Below, in pieces: positions 49,865 to 60,575 of a stretch of DNA of 64,000 nucleotides. The notes under the pieces were generated by a model. It was not told where the DNA came from and ran no database searches. It saw nothing but the letters and a program-made list of their open reading frames with translations. Numbering within the stretch: position 1 is the stretch's first letter; each line of letters begins with the position of its first letter. Position numbers and translations under genes: made by a program. Origin of the DNA: Podargus strigoides (Eukaryota); assembly GCA_028020825.1 (NCBI GenBank), contig CM051638.1, forward strand, positions 14,272,861 to 14,336,860, given 5' to 3'.

Positions 49865-50049
49865 CCTCAATTACCACTTCTTGGTCCTGGAACTGCTCCA
49901 AGAGGTTCTGTGCCCTCTTCTCCAGGTCACAGCCAGATATATTCCTCTTCAAGTAATCCAGCAACTTCAGCAAACACTGGTAGTCGAGCAGCTCTCTGAA
50001 ATCCTCAGAGTACAGATCGAGCCAGGCTTGTAAGACTGATGCTGTTGCA
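49865..50049 (-). CDS. RGL1: RGL1 REM-domain exon (ATASVLQAWLDLYSEDFRELLDYQCLLKLLDYLKRNISGCDLEKRAQNLLEQFQDQEVVIE)
   Basis: Minus-strand acceptor ctcttAG and donor GAGG|gtaagt; compare human SILRAWLDQCAEDFREPPHFPCLQKLLDYLTRMMPGSDPERRAQNLLEQFQKQEV. Confidence 0.8.
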
Positions 50050-50274
50050 CTAAGAGCAAATACACAGAGAACGCACTGGTTGTACACAGCATGTATTGAT
50101 GCAAATGTATGGATCTGTATCTTATACGTGACTGGTGCCAAAGGCAGGGCTTTGGGTTCTTTGATCACGGGCTGCTCTATGAGACACCTGGCCTGATGAT
50201 GGCAGGTGGAATGCATTTGTCCCAGAGGGGGAAAAGGCTTTTGGGGCAGGAGTTAGCAGGGCTCATTGAGAGGG

Positions 50275-53200
50275 CTTTAAACTAGATGTGAAGGGGGAAG
50301 GGGAGACAACTGGGTCTGTTAGGGACAAGCCCAAGAGCAATATACTAGGGCCTGAAGGAAGGTGGTCTAGGAAGGATTTTCGATCATTGAAGAGAAGGGA
50401 TAGATGTTTAGGCCCTGACCACAAGGTCTCCTGCCTCCCAGGGGTCCCACCAGTGCGCTCTGCTTGCTCTCTGAAATGCCTGTACACCAATGCACGCAGT
50501 ATGGGGAATAAACAGGAGGAGTTAGAGGTCTGTGTGCGGTCTAAAGGTTATGACCTGGTGGCAATTACAGAGACATGGTGGGACAGCTCACATGACTGGA
50601 ATGTGGTCATGGATGGCTATGTCATTTTTAGGAAAGATCGGTCAGTGAAGCGAGGTGGTGGAGTTGCTCTCTATGTGAGGGAACAACTTGAATGTATTGA
50701 GTTTTCTCCAGGGACTGATGAGGGGCAAGTTGAAAGTCTGTGGGTGAGAATTAAGGGGCAGGCTGGCATGAGTGATACAGTTGTGGGGGTCTATTACAGA
50801 CCTCCTGATCAGGACAAGGGAGTTGATGAGGCTTTCTACAGGCAGCTGAAAGCAGCCTCACAACTACAGGCCTTGGTCATGGGGGATTTTAACTACCCTG
50901 ATATCTGCTGGAAGACTTACACAGCCAGCCATTCACAGTCTAGAAGGTTCCTCCAGTGCATTGATGATAACTACTTAATGCAAATGGTGGACAAGCCGAC
51001 TAGGAGAGGAGCGCTGCTGGATCTTGTACTCACCAACAAGGAGGGTCTTGTTGAAGCACTGATGGTCGATGGCAACCTTGGCTGCAGTGATCATGAGATG
51101 GTGGAGTTCAGGATCCTGTGTGGGAGGAATAGAGTACCAAGCAAGACCAGAACCCTGGACTTCCGCAGGGCCAACTTTAGCCTCCTCAATCAATTGTTAA
51201 GGGAAGTCCCATGGGACAGGGTGCTAGATGGTAGAGGGGCTCAAGATAGTTGGTCAACATTCAAGGACCACTTCTTGCAAGCTCAGGATCAGAGCGTCCC
51301 AATGGGTATGAAATCAAGTAAGGGAGCTAGGAGACCAGCATGGTTAAACAAGGAACTGCTGGGCAAACTCAAGTGGAAAAAAAGAATTTATGGATCATGG
51401 AAAGAGGGGCTAGTCACTTGGGAGGAATATAGGACAGTTGTCAGAGGATGTAGAAAGGCAATTAGGAAAGCTAAGGCCTCCTTAGAACTTAACCTTGCAA
51501 GCCAGGTCAAGGACAATAGAAAGGGCTTTTTCAAATACATAGCTAATAAAACAAACACTAGAGGCAATATAGGCCCACTGATGAATGAGGGGGGTGCCCT
51601 AGAGACAGAGGATATAAAGAAGGCAGAGGTGCTGAATGCCTTCTTTGCCTCTGTCTTTACTCCTGCAGGCTTTCCCCAGGAGCCCCTGATCCCTATAGCC
51701 CCAGAAGAAGTCAGGATAAAGGAGGAGTTTGCCTCGGTAGATGAGGACTGGGTTAGGGATCAGTTGAGCAATCTGGACATCCATAAATCGATGGGTCCGG
51801 ATGGAATGCACCCAAGGGTGCTGAGGGAGCTGGCAGAGGTCATTGCTAGGCCACTCTCCATCATCTTTGGTAAGTCATGGAGAACAGGAGAGGTGCCTGA
51901 GGACTGGAGGATAGCAAATGTCACTCCAATCTATAAGAAGGGCAAGAAGGAGGACCCGGGTAACTATAGACCGGTCAGCCTCACCTCCATCCCTGGAAAG
52001 GCGATGGAACAGCTTGTTCTTGGCACTATCTCTAGGCACATCAAGGATGAGGGGGTCATTAAGAGCAGTCAACATGGTTTTACCAAAGGTAAGTCATGTT
52101 TGACCAACCTTATTGCCTTCTGTGAGGTAATAACTCGGTGGATAGATGATGGTAGAGCGGTAGATGTGGTTTATCTTGATTTCAGTAAAGCATTTGACAC
52201 TGTCTCCCACAGCATCCTCTTAGATAAGCTGATAAAGTATGGGCTTGGTGATCAGGTAGTGAGGTGGATCAAGAACTGGTTGAAGGGAAGAAGTCAGAGA
52301 GTTGTAGTCAATGGGACAGAATCTAGTCAGATGTCTGTGACTAGTGGAGTCCCTCAGGGGTCGGTACTGGGACCGGTGTTGTTCAATATCTTAATCAACG
52401 ATCTGGATGAGGGTACAGAATGTATCCTCAGCAAGTTTGCTGATGACACCAAACTGGGAGGAGTGGCTGACACACCGGAGGGCTGTGCTGCCATTCAACG
52501 AGACCTTGATAGGCTGGAGAGTTGGGCGGGGAGAAACTTAATGAAATTCAACAAGGGCAAGTGCAGAGTTTTGCATCTGGGGAAGAACAACCGCATGTAC
52601 CAGTACAGGTTGGGGGCTGACCTGCTGGAGAGCAGTGTAGGGGAAAGGGACCTGGGGGTCCTGGCAGACAGCAGGATGACCATGAGCCAGCAATGTGCCC
52701 TTGTGGCCAAGAAGGCCAATGGCATCCTGGGGTGTATTAGAAAGGGGGTGGTTAGTAGGTCAAGAGAGGTTCTCCTTCCCCTCTGTTCTGCCTTGGTGAG
52801 GCCACATCTGGAGTATTGTGTCCAGTTCTGGGCCCCCCCAGTTCAAGAAGGACAGGGAACTGCTTGAGAGAGTCCAGTGCAGAGCCACAAAGATGATGAA
52901 GGGAGTGGAACATCTCCCTTCTGAGGAAAGGCTGAGGGAGCTGGGTCTCTTCAGCTTGGAGAAGAGGAGACTGAGGGGTGACCTCATTAATGTTTATAAA
53001 TATGTAAAGGGTGAGTGTCATGAGGATGGAGCCAGGCTCTTCTCAGTGACATCCAATGATAGGACAAGGGGCAATGGGTGCAAGCTGGAACATAGGAGGT
53101 TCCACATAAATGTGAAGAAAATTTCTTCACAGTGAGGGTAACAGAACACTGGCACAGGCTGCCCAGAGAGGTTGTGGAGTCTCCTTCTCTGGAGACATTC

Positions 53201-53330
53201 AAAACCCACCTGGACATGTTCCTGTGTGACCTGACCTAGGTGTTCCTGCTCTGGCAGGGGGATTGGACTAGATGATCTTTTGAGGTCCCTTCCAATCCCT
53301 AACATTCTGTGATTCTGTGATTCTGTGATT
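50275..53330 (+). mobile_element. Young 5'-truncated CR1 LINE (about 3.05 kb) with a near-full ORF2 (AP endonuclease and reverse transcriptase) and a canonical 3' end (ATTCTGTG)x3
   Basis: The 859-aa ORF at 50288-52867 has the endonuclease N-terminus ([12 protein letters not shown]...) and RT motifs ([15 protein letters not shown]). A single frameshift near 52850 separates the last ~100 codons (ORF 52818-53135). Confidence 0.9.
50288..52867 (+). CDS. CR1 ORF2 (endonuclease and reverse transcriptase), 859 aa, open
   Basis: Single uninterrupted ORF; RT motifs as above. Confidence 0.85.
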   Translation: MKGEGETTGSVRDKPKSNILGPEGRWSRKDFRSLKRRDRCLGPDHKVSCLPGVPPVRSACSLKCLYTNARSMGNKQEELEVCVRSKGYDLVAITETWWDSSHDWNVVMDGYVIFRKDRSVKRGGGVALYVREQLECIEFSPGTDEGQVESLWVRIKGQAGMSDTVVGVYYRPPDQDKGVDEAFYRQLKAASQLQALVMGDFNYPDICWKTYTASHSQSRRFLQCIDDNYLMQMVDKPTRRGALLDLVLTNKEGLVEALMVDGNLGCSDHEMVEFRILCGRNRVPSKTRTLDFRRANFSLLNQLLREVPWDRVLDGRGAQDSWSTFKDHFLQAQDQSVPMGMKSSKGARRPAWLNKELLGKLKWKKRIYGSWKEGLVTWEEYRTVVRGCRKAIRKAKASLELNLASQVKDNRKGFFKYIANKTNTRGNIGPLMNEGGALETEDIKKAEVLNAFFASVFTPAGFPQEPLIPIAPEEVRIKEEFASVDEDWVRDQLSNLDIHKSMGPDGMHPRVLRELAEVIARPLSIIFGKSWRTGEVPEDWRIANVTPIYKKGKKEDPGNYRPVSLTSIPGKAMEQLVLGTISRHIKDEGVIKSSQHGFTKGKSCLTNLIAFCEVITRWIDDGRAVDVVYLDFSKAFDTVSHSILLDKLIKYGLGDQVVRWIKNWLKGRSQRVVVNGTESSQMSVTSGVPQGSVLGPVLFNILINDLDEGTECILSKFADDTKLGGVADTPEGCAAIQRDLDRLESWAGRNLMKFNKGKCRVLHLGKNNRMYQYRLGADLLESSVGERDLGVLADSRMTMSQQCALVAKKANGILGCIRKGVVSRSREVLLPLCSALVRPHLEYCVQFWAPPVQEGQGTA

Positions 53331-53419
53331 CAAGGATGGAGACTCCATAATGTGTCAGGGCTGCATGTGCCAGTGTTTGACTTCCCTTTCTGGTAAAACA
53401 AGGGTGGTTATTTGTGTTT

Positions 53420-53776
53420 CGATGTGATTGCCTGTGCTTTAATTTGTGCTCATTGCCTCTCGCCCTGTGGGTGGGCACTACTGAGGAGTGCCTGGCTCCT
53501 TCCACTTCCATCCCAGAGAGATGAGATCCCCCTCAGCCTTCTTTTCTCCAGGCTAAACAGTCCCAGCTCTCTCAGCCTTTCTTCATGCTCCAGACCTTCC
53601 ATCATCTCCATTCCCAGCCTCTCTCCAGTCTGTCTGTGCCTCTCATACTGGGGATCCCAGCACTGGACACCGCATTCCAGGTGCAGCCTTGCCAGCACTG
53701 AGCCATTTCCCCAGGAAGTCTGGAGAATGTGCTGAAAGAAGGGCCTATCCAAGGTAAAAAAACCCTCACAAAATTT
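53420..53776 (-). mobile_element. CR1 ORF2 C-terminal fragment (reverse orientation)
   Basis: Minus-strand ORF contains [25 protein letters not shown]. Confidence 0.75.
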
Positions 53777-53863
53777 CAAATCATCAGAATCTGATCAGTT
53801 TGGTAACATTTCCCCCCTTTGAAAGTATTGATAATCATACTCAATACTTTCACTTATTTATAA

Positions 53864-54388
53864 TTAATCATGTTTCAATGTCAGTTTTAAAGTCTCTGGA
53901 TCTCCAATCACTCTCCAGTTTGAGGATGGTGCTTTCTTCACTCTGGTATAATGGATCCAAGCGTCGGATTCAGCAGTCTTGATTGCAGTGAACGTAGTTA
54001 GCAGCACTTGATAAGGTCCCTTCCAGTTCTCTTGTAGAGGCTCTGATGTCCAGGTCTTTATGTAGACATAGTCTCCAGGCTGGAAGTTATGGACAGGATT
54101 CTCCAACGTCAAGGGTCGATTCCACACCACTGTGCTCCGGAGTTTAGCTAGAGTTTTTCCAAGAGAAAGTAAATAATTATACACATCCTGTTTTCCTTTT
54201 ATATGCATACTTGGATTGGGTTCAGGCGTTTCATATGGTTTTCCATACATTAATTCATAGGGGCTGACTGACATCCCACTTCTTGGCTGTATTCGAATAC
54301 GCAATAATGCCAATGGGAGTGCTTGAGGCCATTTCAAATCAGCCTCCTGACAAATTTTGCTAATTTGTCTTTTTAAAGTTTGATTCAT
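53864..54388 (-). CDS. Integrase C-terminal portion, separated from pol by one frameshift
   Basis: GMSVSPYELMYGKPYE...WKGPYQVLLTTFTAIKTAESDAWIHYTRVK. Confidence 0.7.
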   Translation of the reverse strand: MNQTLKRQISKICQEADLKWPQALPLALLRIRIQPRSGMSVSPYELMYGKPYETPEPNPSMHIKGKQDVYNYLLSLGKTLAKLRSTVVWNRPLTLENPVHNFQPGDYVYIKTWTSEPLQENWKGPYQVLLTTFTAIKTAESDAWIHYTRVKKAPSSNWRVIGDPETLKLTLKHD

Positions 54389-54400
54389 TCTTTCTACTTT

Positions 54401-57397
54401 TCAAATAGACTGAGGCCTCCAAGAGGCATGTAAATCCCAGGTTATTCCCAGAGTTTTACTTATATCTTGTATTACAGTTGCTACAAAATGTGGGCCCCTA
54501 TCTGATGATATCCCGAGGGGCACCCCAAACCTTGGAATTATTTCTTGTAAAAGCCACTTAACTGTTTCTTTAGCTTGATTTGTACGACAGGGAAAGGCCT
54601 CCGGCCATCCAGAAAAGGTATCAACCCCGACCAGAATATACCGATACCCTCTGCATCTGGGTAATTCAGTAAAATCAATCTGCCAGTAATCACCAGGTTC
54701 CATCCCAGTTTTTAACTTACCCATTTGAACCTTCCTCTGTATGACTGGATTATTCTTTAGGCATACTTCACACTTAACAGTAACTGATTTAGCCATTTCT
54801 AACATCTTTACTGATATTACGTGCCTTTTCAGGAATGTCACCAAGGCTTCCACGCCCCAGTGGCATTCCTGATGTTTTATCTGTAGAATTTCTTTCATAA
54901 TTATTGGGGGTACTACAACTTGACCTTCAGAAGTTGTCCACCATCCTTCTGGATTTTTCTTTGCATTTACCAGTTGAGCCAATTTCTCATCTTCTTTTGA
55001 ATACTTTGGAAGTTCTTTAGGGAGTGTTACAGTCCTAGTGGGAATTAATGCCATTTCTAGTACTCGTTTTTGGACTGCCTTCTTAGCAGCTTGATCAGCC
55101 AATCTGTTTCCTTCAGCTACTTTTGTACTTCCAGTTTGATGTGCTTTACAGTGCATGATTGCTACTTGGGCTGGTTCTTGAACTGCCAACAATAATTGTA
55201 AGACTTCCTTTTGATGCTTAATATTTGCCCCCTGGGAGGACAAGAGTCCTCTTTCTTTCCACAGAGCTCCATGGACATGGACTACTCCAAAAGCATATTT
55301 TGAGTCTGTCCATATGTTTACTTTCTTTCCTTTACTTAATTCCAGAGCTCTTATTAAAGCAACCAGTTCTGCTTTCTGAGCTGATGTCGTGTTGGGTAAT
55401 GCATTTGCTTCTATCACAGAATTTTCAGTTGTTACCGCATATCCAGCGTATCGAGTTCCATTCTGCACAAAGCTACTGCCATCTGTGAACAGCTCCCACT
55501 CAGGGTCCTCGAACGGGACATCCTTTAGGTCTTCTCGGCTGGAGTATGTGTGCTCAATAGTCGTTAAGCAGTCATGCTCGGGTCTCTCTTCTTCCTGTGA
55601 AGCACTTAAGAAAACTGCAGGATTCACAAGGTTAGTTGTTTTTAATATCACATCATCCTGTTCAGTAAGGATTACTTGGTATTTCATCATTCTGCTAGGG
55701 GAGAGCCAATGCCCTCCTTTTTGTTCCAGCACTGTAATCACCATGTGTGGGACATAAACTGTGATGACTCTCCCCAGAGTGAGCTTGCGAGCTTCTTGTA
55801 TCAGTATTACTGTTGCTGCTACTGCTCGCAAGCAGGCAGGCCATCCCTTACTCACTGTGTCCAGTTGTTTGGAAAAGTATCCCACCGGCCTTTTCCAGCT
55901 TCCCATCCTTTGGGTCAGGACTCCCAGAGCAAGGTGTTGCCTCTCATGGACAAACAACTGAAAGTCTTTGGTTAGGTCAGGCAATCCTAAAGCCGGTGCT
56001 GACATTAAAGCTTGCTTAAGGTCTCGAAAGGCCTGTTGTTGCTGGTAACCCCACACAAGAGGGGTAGATTTCTGGGCCTCGTAGAGTGGTTTGGCTATCA
56101 GCCCATAGTTCATAATCCAAAGACGACACCACCCGGTCATTCCCAGAAACGCTCTTAATTCATGCATAGTCCGAGGCTCAGGGATAGCACAAATTGCTTC
56201 CTTTCGGTCAGTTCCCAGCTTTCTCTGGCCTTTTGAAATCTCAAAGCCCAAGTATATTACTGTTTGGCTTGCTATTTGGGCTTTCCTTTTAGACACCTTA
56301 TACCCATTAAGTCCCAGGAAATTTAAAAGTTCAATGGTTACCTGGATACAAGCAGGCTTCTCTTCGGTAGCTATTAGAATATCATCCACATACTGTAGGA
56401 GAAGGTGATCTGGTCGTGGCGGCGTTGTCTTTTCCTTTGTCCAAATTTCCAGTTCCTTTGCCAGCTGGTTACCGAAGATTGTTGGGCTGTTTTTAAATCC
56501 TTGGGGTAGCTGTGTCCATGTTAATTGTGTTTTACGCCCTGTCAGTGGGTCTTCCCACTCAAAAGCAAATAAATTACGGCTTTCCTGGTCCAGGGGTATG
56601 CAAAAGAAAGCATCTTTCAAATCAAGCACTGTAAACCACTGATATGTATCTCTGAGGGCAGTTAATAATGTATATGGATTTGCCACTACTGGATGGATAT
56701 CTTTTACGATCTGATTTACAGGTCGCAGATCCTGCACCAGTCTAAAATCACCTGAGGGTTTCCGTATTGGTAGGATAGGGGTATTATACTCTGACTCACA
56801 CTCTTCTAAAATGCTATATTTCAAAAATTTATCAATCAGCTTTTTAATTCCTTGCTTTGCTTCTGGTTTAATTGGATATTGTCTAATCCTTACCGGTTTT
56901 GCTCCTTTTTTTAATTCAATTTTCACAGGTTGGGCCAATTTAGATTTTCCTGGGATATCGGTTTCCCATACCATGGGGATTACTGCATTGTTTACTTCTG
57001 GGGGAATTTCTTGTACTCTTGTTTTTTCTGATATCATCAAAATTTCTCCCGTTTTTGATTCAGGTATTTTTAAAAACAACTCCCTGTCTTCAAAGACAAT
57101 TTGGGCATTTAATTTAGATAGCAAATCTCTTCCCATTAAGGGTATCGGACAATCTGGAACATACAAAAATTCATGTGTTATACTTTTGCCTCTAAATTTC
57201 AAATCCAAGGGCTGTAGGAATGGTCGGTTTTCCTCTTTCCCTGTGGCTCCAATAATATTTGCTGGTTTTGTTCCTATTTTCCCTTTTTGTGTATTCAAAA
57301 CTGAAAATGTTGCTCCCGTATCAACCAAAAATGTAACCTCCTTTTCTCCCAGCTTAATGGTAACCAGAGGCTCAGCTGGGTTTGCCTCCGGTCCCCG
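54401..57397 (-). CDS. pro-pol ORF (over 975 codons, open): protease (VTFLVDTGATFSVL), reverse transcriptase, RNase H, integrase N-terminal and core
   Basis: In frame with gag, beginning immediately after the gag stop codon (read-through architecture as in gammaretroviruses). Confidence 0.8.
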   Translation of the reverse strand, partial: RGPEANPAEPLVTIKLGEKEVTFLVDTGATFSVLNTQKGKIGTKPANIIGATGKEENRPFLQPLDLKFRGKSITHEFLYVPDCPIPLMGRDLLSKLNAQIVFEDRELFLKIPESKTGEILMISEKTRVQEIPPEVNNAVIPMVWETDIPGKSKLAQPVKIELKKGAKPVRIRQYPIKPEAKQGIKKLIDKFLKYSILEECESEYNTPILPIRKPSGDFRLVQDLRPVNQIVKDIHPVVANPYTLLTALRDTYQWFTVLDLKDAFFCIPLDQESRNLFAFEWEDPLTGRKTQLTWTQLPQGFKNSPTIFGNQLAKELEIWTKEKTTPPRPDHLLLQYVDDILIATEEKPACIQVTIELLNFLGLNGYKVSKRKAQIASQTVIYLGFEISKGQRKLGTDRKEAICAIPEPRTMHELRAFLGMTGWCRLWIMNYGLIAKPLYEAQKSTPLVWGYQQQQAFRDLKQALMSAPALGLPDLTKDFQLFVHERQHLALGVLTQRMGSWKRPVGYFSKQLDTVSKGWPACLRAVAATVILIQEARKLTLGRVITVYVPHMVITVLEQKGGHWLSPSRMMKYQVILTEQDDVILKTTNLVNPAVFLSASQEEERPEHDCLTTIEHTYSSREDLKDVPFEDPEWELFTDGSSFVQNGTRYAGYAVTTENSVIEANALPNTTSAQKAELVALIRALELSKGKKVNIWTDSKYAFGVVHVHGALWKERGLLSSQGANIKHQKEVLQLLLAVQEPAQVAIMHCKAHQTGSTKVAEGNRLADQAAKKAVQKRVLEMALIPTRTVTLPKELPKYSKEDEKLAQLVNAKKNPEGWWTTSEGQVVVPPIIMKEILQIKHQECHWGVEALVTFLKRHVISVKMLEMAKSVTVKCEVCLKNNPVIQRKVQMGKLKTGMEPGDYWQIDFTELPRCRGYRYILVGVDTFSGWPEAFPCRTNQAKETVKWLLQEIIPRFGVPLGISSDRGPHFVATVIQDISKTLGITWDLHASWRPQSI

Positions 57398-59260
57398 TCA
57401 ATCTGTATATTCTCCCAGAACCATTACTCTTGCTGCTGCTTGCTGACCATTCAGTTTCTTTGGGCATTCATTTCTCCAGTGCCTCTCCTCTTTACAAAAG
57501 GCACATTGATTTATTCCGAGGGGGACTCTATTACCTGTTCTTCCTCTTCCCCCCCGCACTCCCTCCTTTGGGTAACCCCTCCCTCTCCCTTGACTTGGGA
57601 AATTCTGTGCTCCAGTTAGTGCTGCAAGCAATTGTTTTTGTTTTCTGACTTCATTTTCCTTTTCTCTATTATTGTAAACTTTCCACGCTACTTCTAATAA
57701 TCTATCCAAATTTCGGATTTCCCTTCCCTCCAATTTTTGAAGCTTCCTTCTTATATCTTCCTGAGATTGTCCCAAAAAGATTAATGCCAATTGTGCTTTG
57801 GTTTCTTCTGCTTCAGGCTGCATATCTGTGTACTTGCGAACAGCTTCTTTCAATCTTTCTAAAAATGCTGTAGGGGATTCATTTTTCTCTTGTCGAATAT
57901 CATATAACTTGGACCAATTTATAGCTTTAGGCATAGCGTTTTGGACACCAAATAGGATCCATTGTTGGTATCGTTTTAATCTCCGCACATGCTCAGCTTG
58001 GTTTGGATCCCACTGGGGATCACCAGTAGGAAAATTCTGGTCTATAGTGCCGTCTATTGTCTGTGTATGGATGTCTTCTTCTGCCCGCATTCTAGCAGTT
58101 CTCAGAACCATTTGTTTCTCAGTGGAATCCATAAGGGTGTCCAAAATTACCTGCAGATCATCCCAATCTGGATTCTGAGTTTTAATTATCATTCCCATTA
58201 CTCTTCCTACCTTACCCGGGTCTTCTCTATAAGGGCCAGCTGATTCCTTCCAAAGAATTAAATCAGAAGGTGAAAAAGGTACTTTTACATATACTGGCCC
58301 ATTTTGCCCAACCCCTTGTCTCAATGGAGCAATTAAATGTTTCCCGGCCCTTGATCTTAAGGGGGTTATTAAATGAGTACGATGCCGGGTTCTCCTGGAC
58401 ACTGGTGAAGAAGGTTCTGTTTTAGACTCCTCATCCTCAATTCCACTACTGTCTGGATGAGGTTGAACCTCTTCTCTTAAATCAGTGCCCCGGGCAGATT
58501 GCTCTGTTTGTTGTCCAGATCTAGGGTCAGGCTCATATTCGGGGAGAGGTAATGCGATAGGGGGATATATAGGAACTACTGGAGCGGTGGGAGCAATGTC
58601 TAGTTCAGGACCTGTATCTACCTGTCCCTCTTTTTTGAGTGCTAGATGCTTAAGACACATTTTAGTAGCGGTGCATGCAGGGCAATGTTCCTGGACCTTT
58701 TTATCCTTTTTCATAAGAGGCATTATTTGGTCAGTCATCCCACATTCCTTTTGCCACTCAGGTTTTTCCCTTAGATAGAAAAACAAATCCACATACGGGG
58801 TTTCATCCCACTTTCCTTCTCGTTTACAAAATAACATTAACTGTAAAATAGTATTATAGTTTAAAGTTCCATTTAAGGGCCATACCTCCTGATCTTCTAG
58901 CTTATACATTGGCCACACATGATTACAGTATTCGATAAGTTGATTTTTACGCAACTCACGCAACTCTTTCCAGTGAGCCAAAAGGCAACCCAAAGGAGAG
59001 GTCCTTGGTATAGAACCCTCATTTCTCTCCTTAAACAACTTTGGGAGCTTAAATGCCATTGTTATAGCACCACAGTATAATATAATATTATTATATAATA
59101 ATAATACAATTATATGATATAATATAATATAATATAATATTTTTAACACTCGTTTCGTCCTTTCGCTTCGCTTATCTCCGGCTGCACCCCTCGCGGGATA
59201 ACAGAACCGCGGATCAAAGCTCCCTCTCGCTTCGCACGCAATTGTGCGTCTCAGACTCAC
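57398..59260 (-). CDS. Intact gag ORF (620 aa) with one CCHC zinc knuckle (CAFCKEERHWRNEC); no N-terminal Gly myristoylation site
   Basis: Uninterrupted ORF MAFKLPKLFKERNEGS...VLGEYTD*. Confidence 0.8.
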   Translation of the reverse strand: MSLRRTIACEARGSFDPRFCYPARGAAGDKRSERTKRVLKILYYIILYHIIVLLLYNNIILYCGAITMAFKLPKLFKERNEGSIPRTSPLGCLLAHWKELRELRKNQLIEYCNHVWPMYKLEDQEVWPLNGTLNYNTILQLMLFCKREGKWDETPYVDLFFYLREKPEWQKECGMTDQIMPLMKKDKKVQEHCPACTATKMCLKHLALKKEGQVDTGPELDIAPTAPVVPIYPPIALPLPEYEPDPRSGQQTEQSARGTDLREEVQPHPDSSGIEDEESKTEPSSPVSRRTRHRTHLITPLRSRAGKHLIAPLRQGVGQNGPVYVKVPFSPSDLILWKESAGPYREDPGKVGRVMGMIIKTQNPDWDDLQVILDTLMDSTEKQMVLRTARMRAEEDIHTQTIDGTIDQNFPTGDPQWDPNQAEHVRRLKRYQQWILFGVQNAMPKAINWSKLYDIRQEKNESPTAFLERLKEAVRKYTDMQPEAEETKAQLALIFLGQSQEDIRRKLQKLEGREIRNLDRLLEVAWKVYNNREKENEVRKQKQLLAALTGAQNFPSQGRGRGYPKEGVRGGRGRTGNRVPLGINQCAFCKEERHWRNECPKKLNGQQAAARVMVLGEYTD

Positions 59261-59680
59261 TCAGTCACACTCCACAGAGCTCCACAGTTATTACAGAAAT
59301 ACCAGATGTGTGCACAACCCTTTTCCTGAGAGTACTCTAATTACCCACATACCAGATACGGCAGGACTCCAACCTGCAGACACCGATGCCAACCCTGCGA
59401 AACTTTCGTATTCGTCTTACTGGGCGGCGCCTAGGCTTCCACAGACGGGTACCCTCTCAGTCCAACCTTGCGCAGCTTTCGCCGCGTCTGACAGGCAGAC
59501 TAGGGGACTCGAACCCCTTTCCCCAGACCAGATAATTTTAAGAAGTGTCTTACCAATTCCAGGGGACGTCGTGAAGAGCCTTATGGATCAGGGATCGATG
59601 GGTATCCCCGAGAAGTTCCTCGGTGCCGGCTGGAACCGATCAGGTCCCCGACTCCTCCGGTCTCTTTCAGCGAGGTCCCA

Positions 59681-59698
59681 TCTGGGTCGCCAAAACTG
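59681..59698 (-). promoter_or_regulatory. Candidate primer-binding site TGGCGACCCAGATGGGAC, closest to a tRNA-Arg 3' end (I recall TGGCACCCCAGATGGGAC for tRNA-Arg-CCT)
   Basis: Lies just 3' of a TG...CA-bounded LTR with AATAAA about 65 nt upstream on the element strand; 2 mismatches to the remembered Arg PBS. Confidence 0.45.
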
Positions 59699-59701
59699 TC
59701 A

Positions 59702-60397
59702 CCAAACAGGACAAAAAAACTTATCAACACCAATGTGATGTAGATAAGCAGACACTTCTTTATTGCCGCGTGGAGGATACGGGGGATAACTCCACCTAGC
59801 GTATCCTGGGTTACATCACCTTTAGCAAGGTTTTTATACATTTGAGTTCCATTGTATAAGATGTTTAACATAAAACTGCATGTACTACTCGCTTTCAATT
59901 GCTCATTAAGATTAACCTTTACCTTGATTGGCCCCTAGTGATTGGTTGGATTACTTCACTTCATGCATATTCATTTCTAATAACAATCATTGGTCACCTA
60001 CAGTCACGCCACGGTCGCGCTATTGATTGTACCCTCTCATATTCAGATTAGGATGGGGAGGGGGATAAGGGGATCTTTAAGCAGCATAAACTGGTCACTG
60101 TGACTTTAGCCACGATATGATTAATGACTGTATTGTTTCCACGGTGGTTGCTTAAACATAATATTTTACTTTCTTGACTACATGGTTTCTAGTTACAGAC
60201 AATGCTGGGCCTTAGCTGCTTGTACCACCTGTTCACTTCATGTACTTCAGCTGCTGGTACCACCTGTTTGTTCTGTGTGCTTTCTGTGATTACTAAAACA
60301 AAACACAGTTACTACCTCTTATGATTCGATTAGGCCTAACTTGATTTTAGCTAAACTAAAATCATAAAATCATCAGAATCTGATCAGTTTGGTAACA
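59702..60397 (-). repeat. 5' LTR of the class-I ERV
   Basis: Starts TGTTACC on the element strand; AATAAA at about 59760-59765; ends ...CA before the PBS. Confidence 0.6.
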
Positions 60398-60575
60398 CAC
60401 TGGCCCCTGTCACAGACTCACAGACTGGTGGGGTTGGAAGGGGCCTCTGGAGATCACCCAGTCCAACCCCCCTGCCAGAGCAGGGTCACCCAGAGCAGGT
60501 CCAGAGGCTGGCGTCCAGGCGGGTTTGGAATGTCTCCAGAGACAGAGACTCCCTCTGTCACCCACCCCCTGCCTG
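60398..60575 (-). mobile_element. CR1 3'-end fragment (reverse orientation) flanking the ERV
   Basis: cacagactggtggggttggaaggggcctctggagatcacccagtccaaccccc...gggtttggaatgtctccagagacagagactcc. Confidence 0.7.

Larger units (their letters stand above)
53777..60397 (-). mobile_element. Env-less class-I (gamma/epsilon-like) endogenous retrovirus, about 6.6 kb. Structure: 5'LTR (~696 bp)-PBS-leader-gag-(stop read-through)-pro-pol-PPT-3'LTR remnant (31 bp).
   Basis: gag ORF at 57398-59260 has a single CCHC knuckle; pro-pol lies in the same frame just after the gag stop; gamma-like motifs LQYVDDILIAT and TWTQLPQGFKNSPTIFG; integrase WKGPYQVLLTTFTAIK. PPT aaagggggggaaa (53808-53819) abuts the 31-bp LTR start TGTTACCAAACTGATCAGATTCTGATGATTT, which is identical to the start of the 5' LTR (60367-60397). 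Confidence 0.85.

Noticed and set aside
59470-59520. Possible tRNA gene (GGTTCGAGTCC T-loop motif)
   Set aside because: Only the T-arm and 3' acceptor half are present; no matching 5' acceptor strand or anticodon arm could be folded, so it was treated as PBS-like or tRNA-derived debris inside the ERV leader
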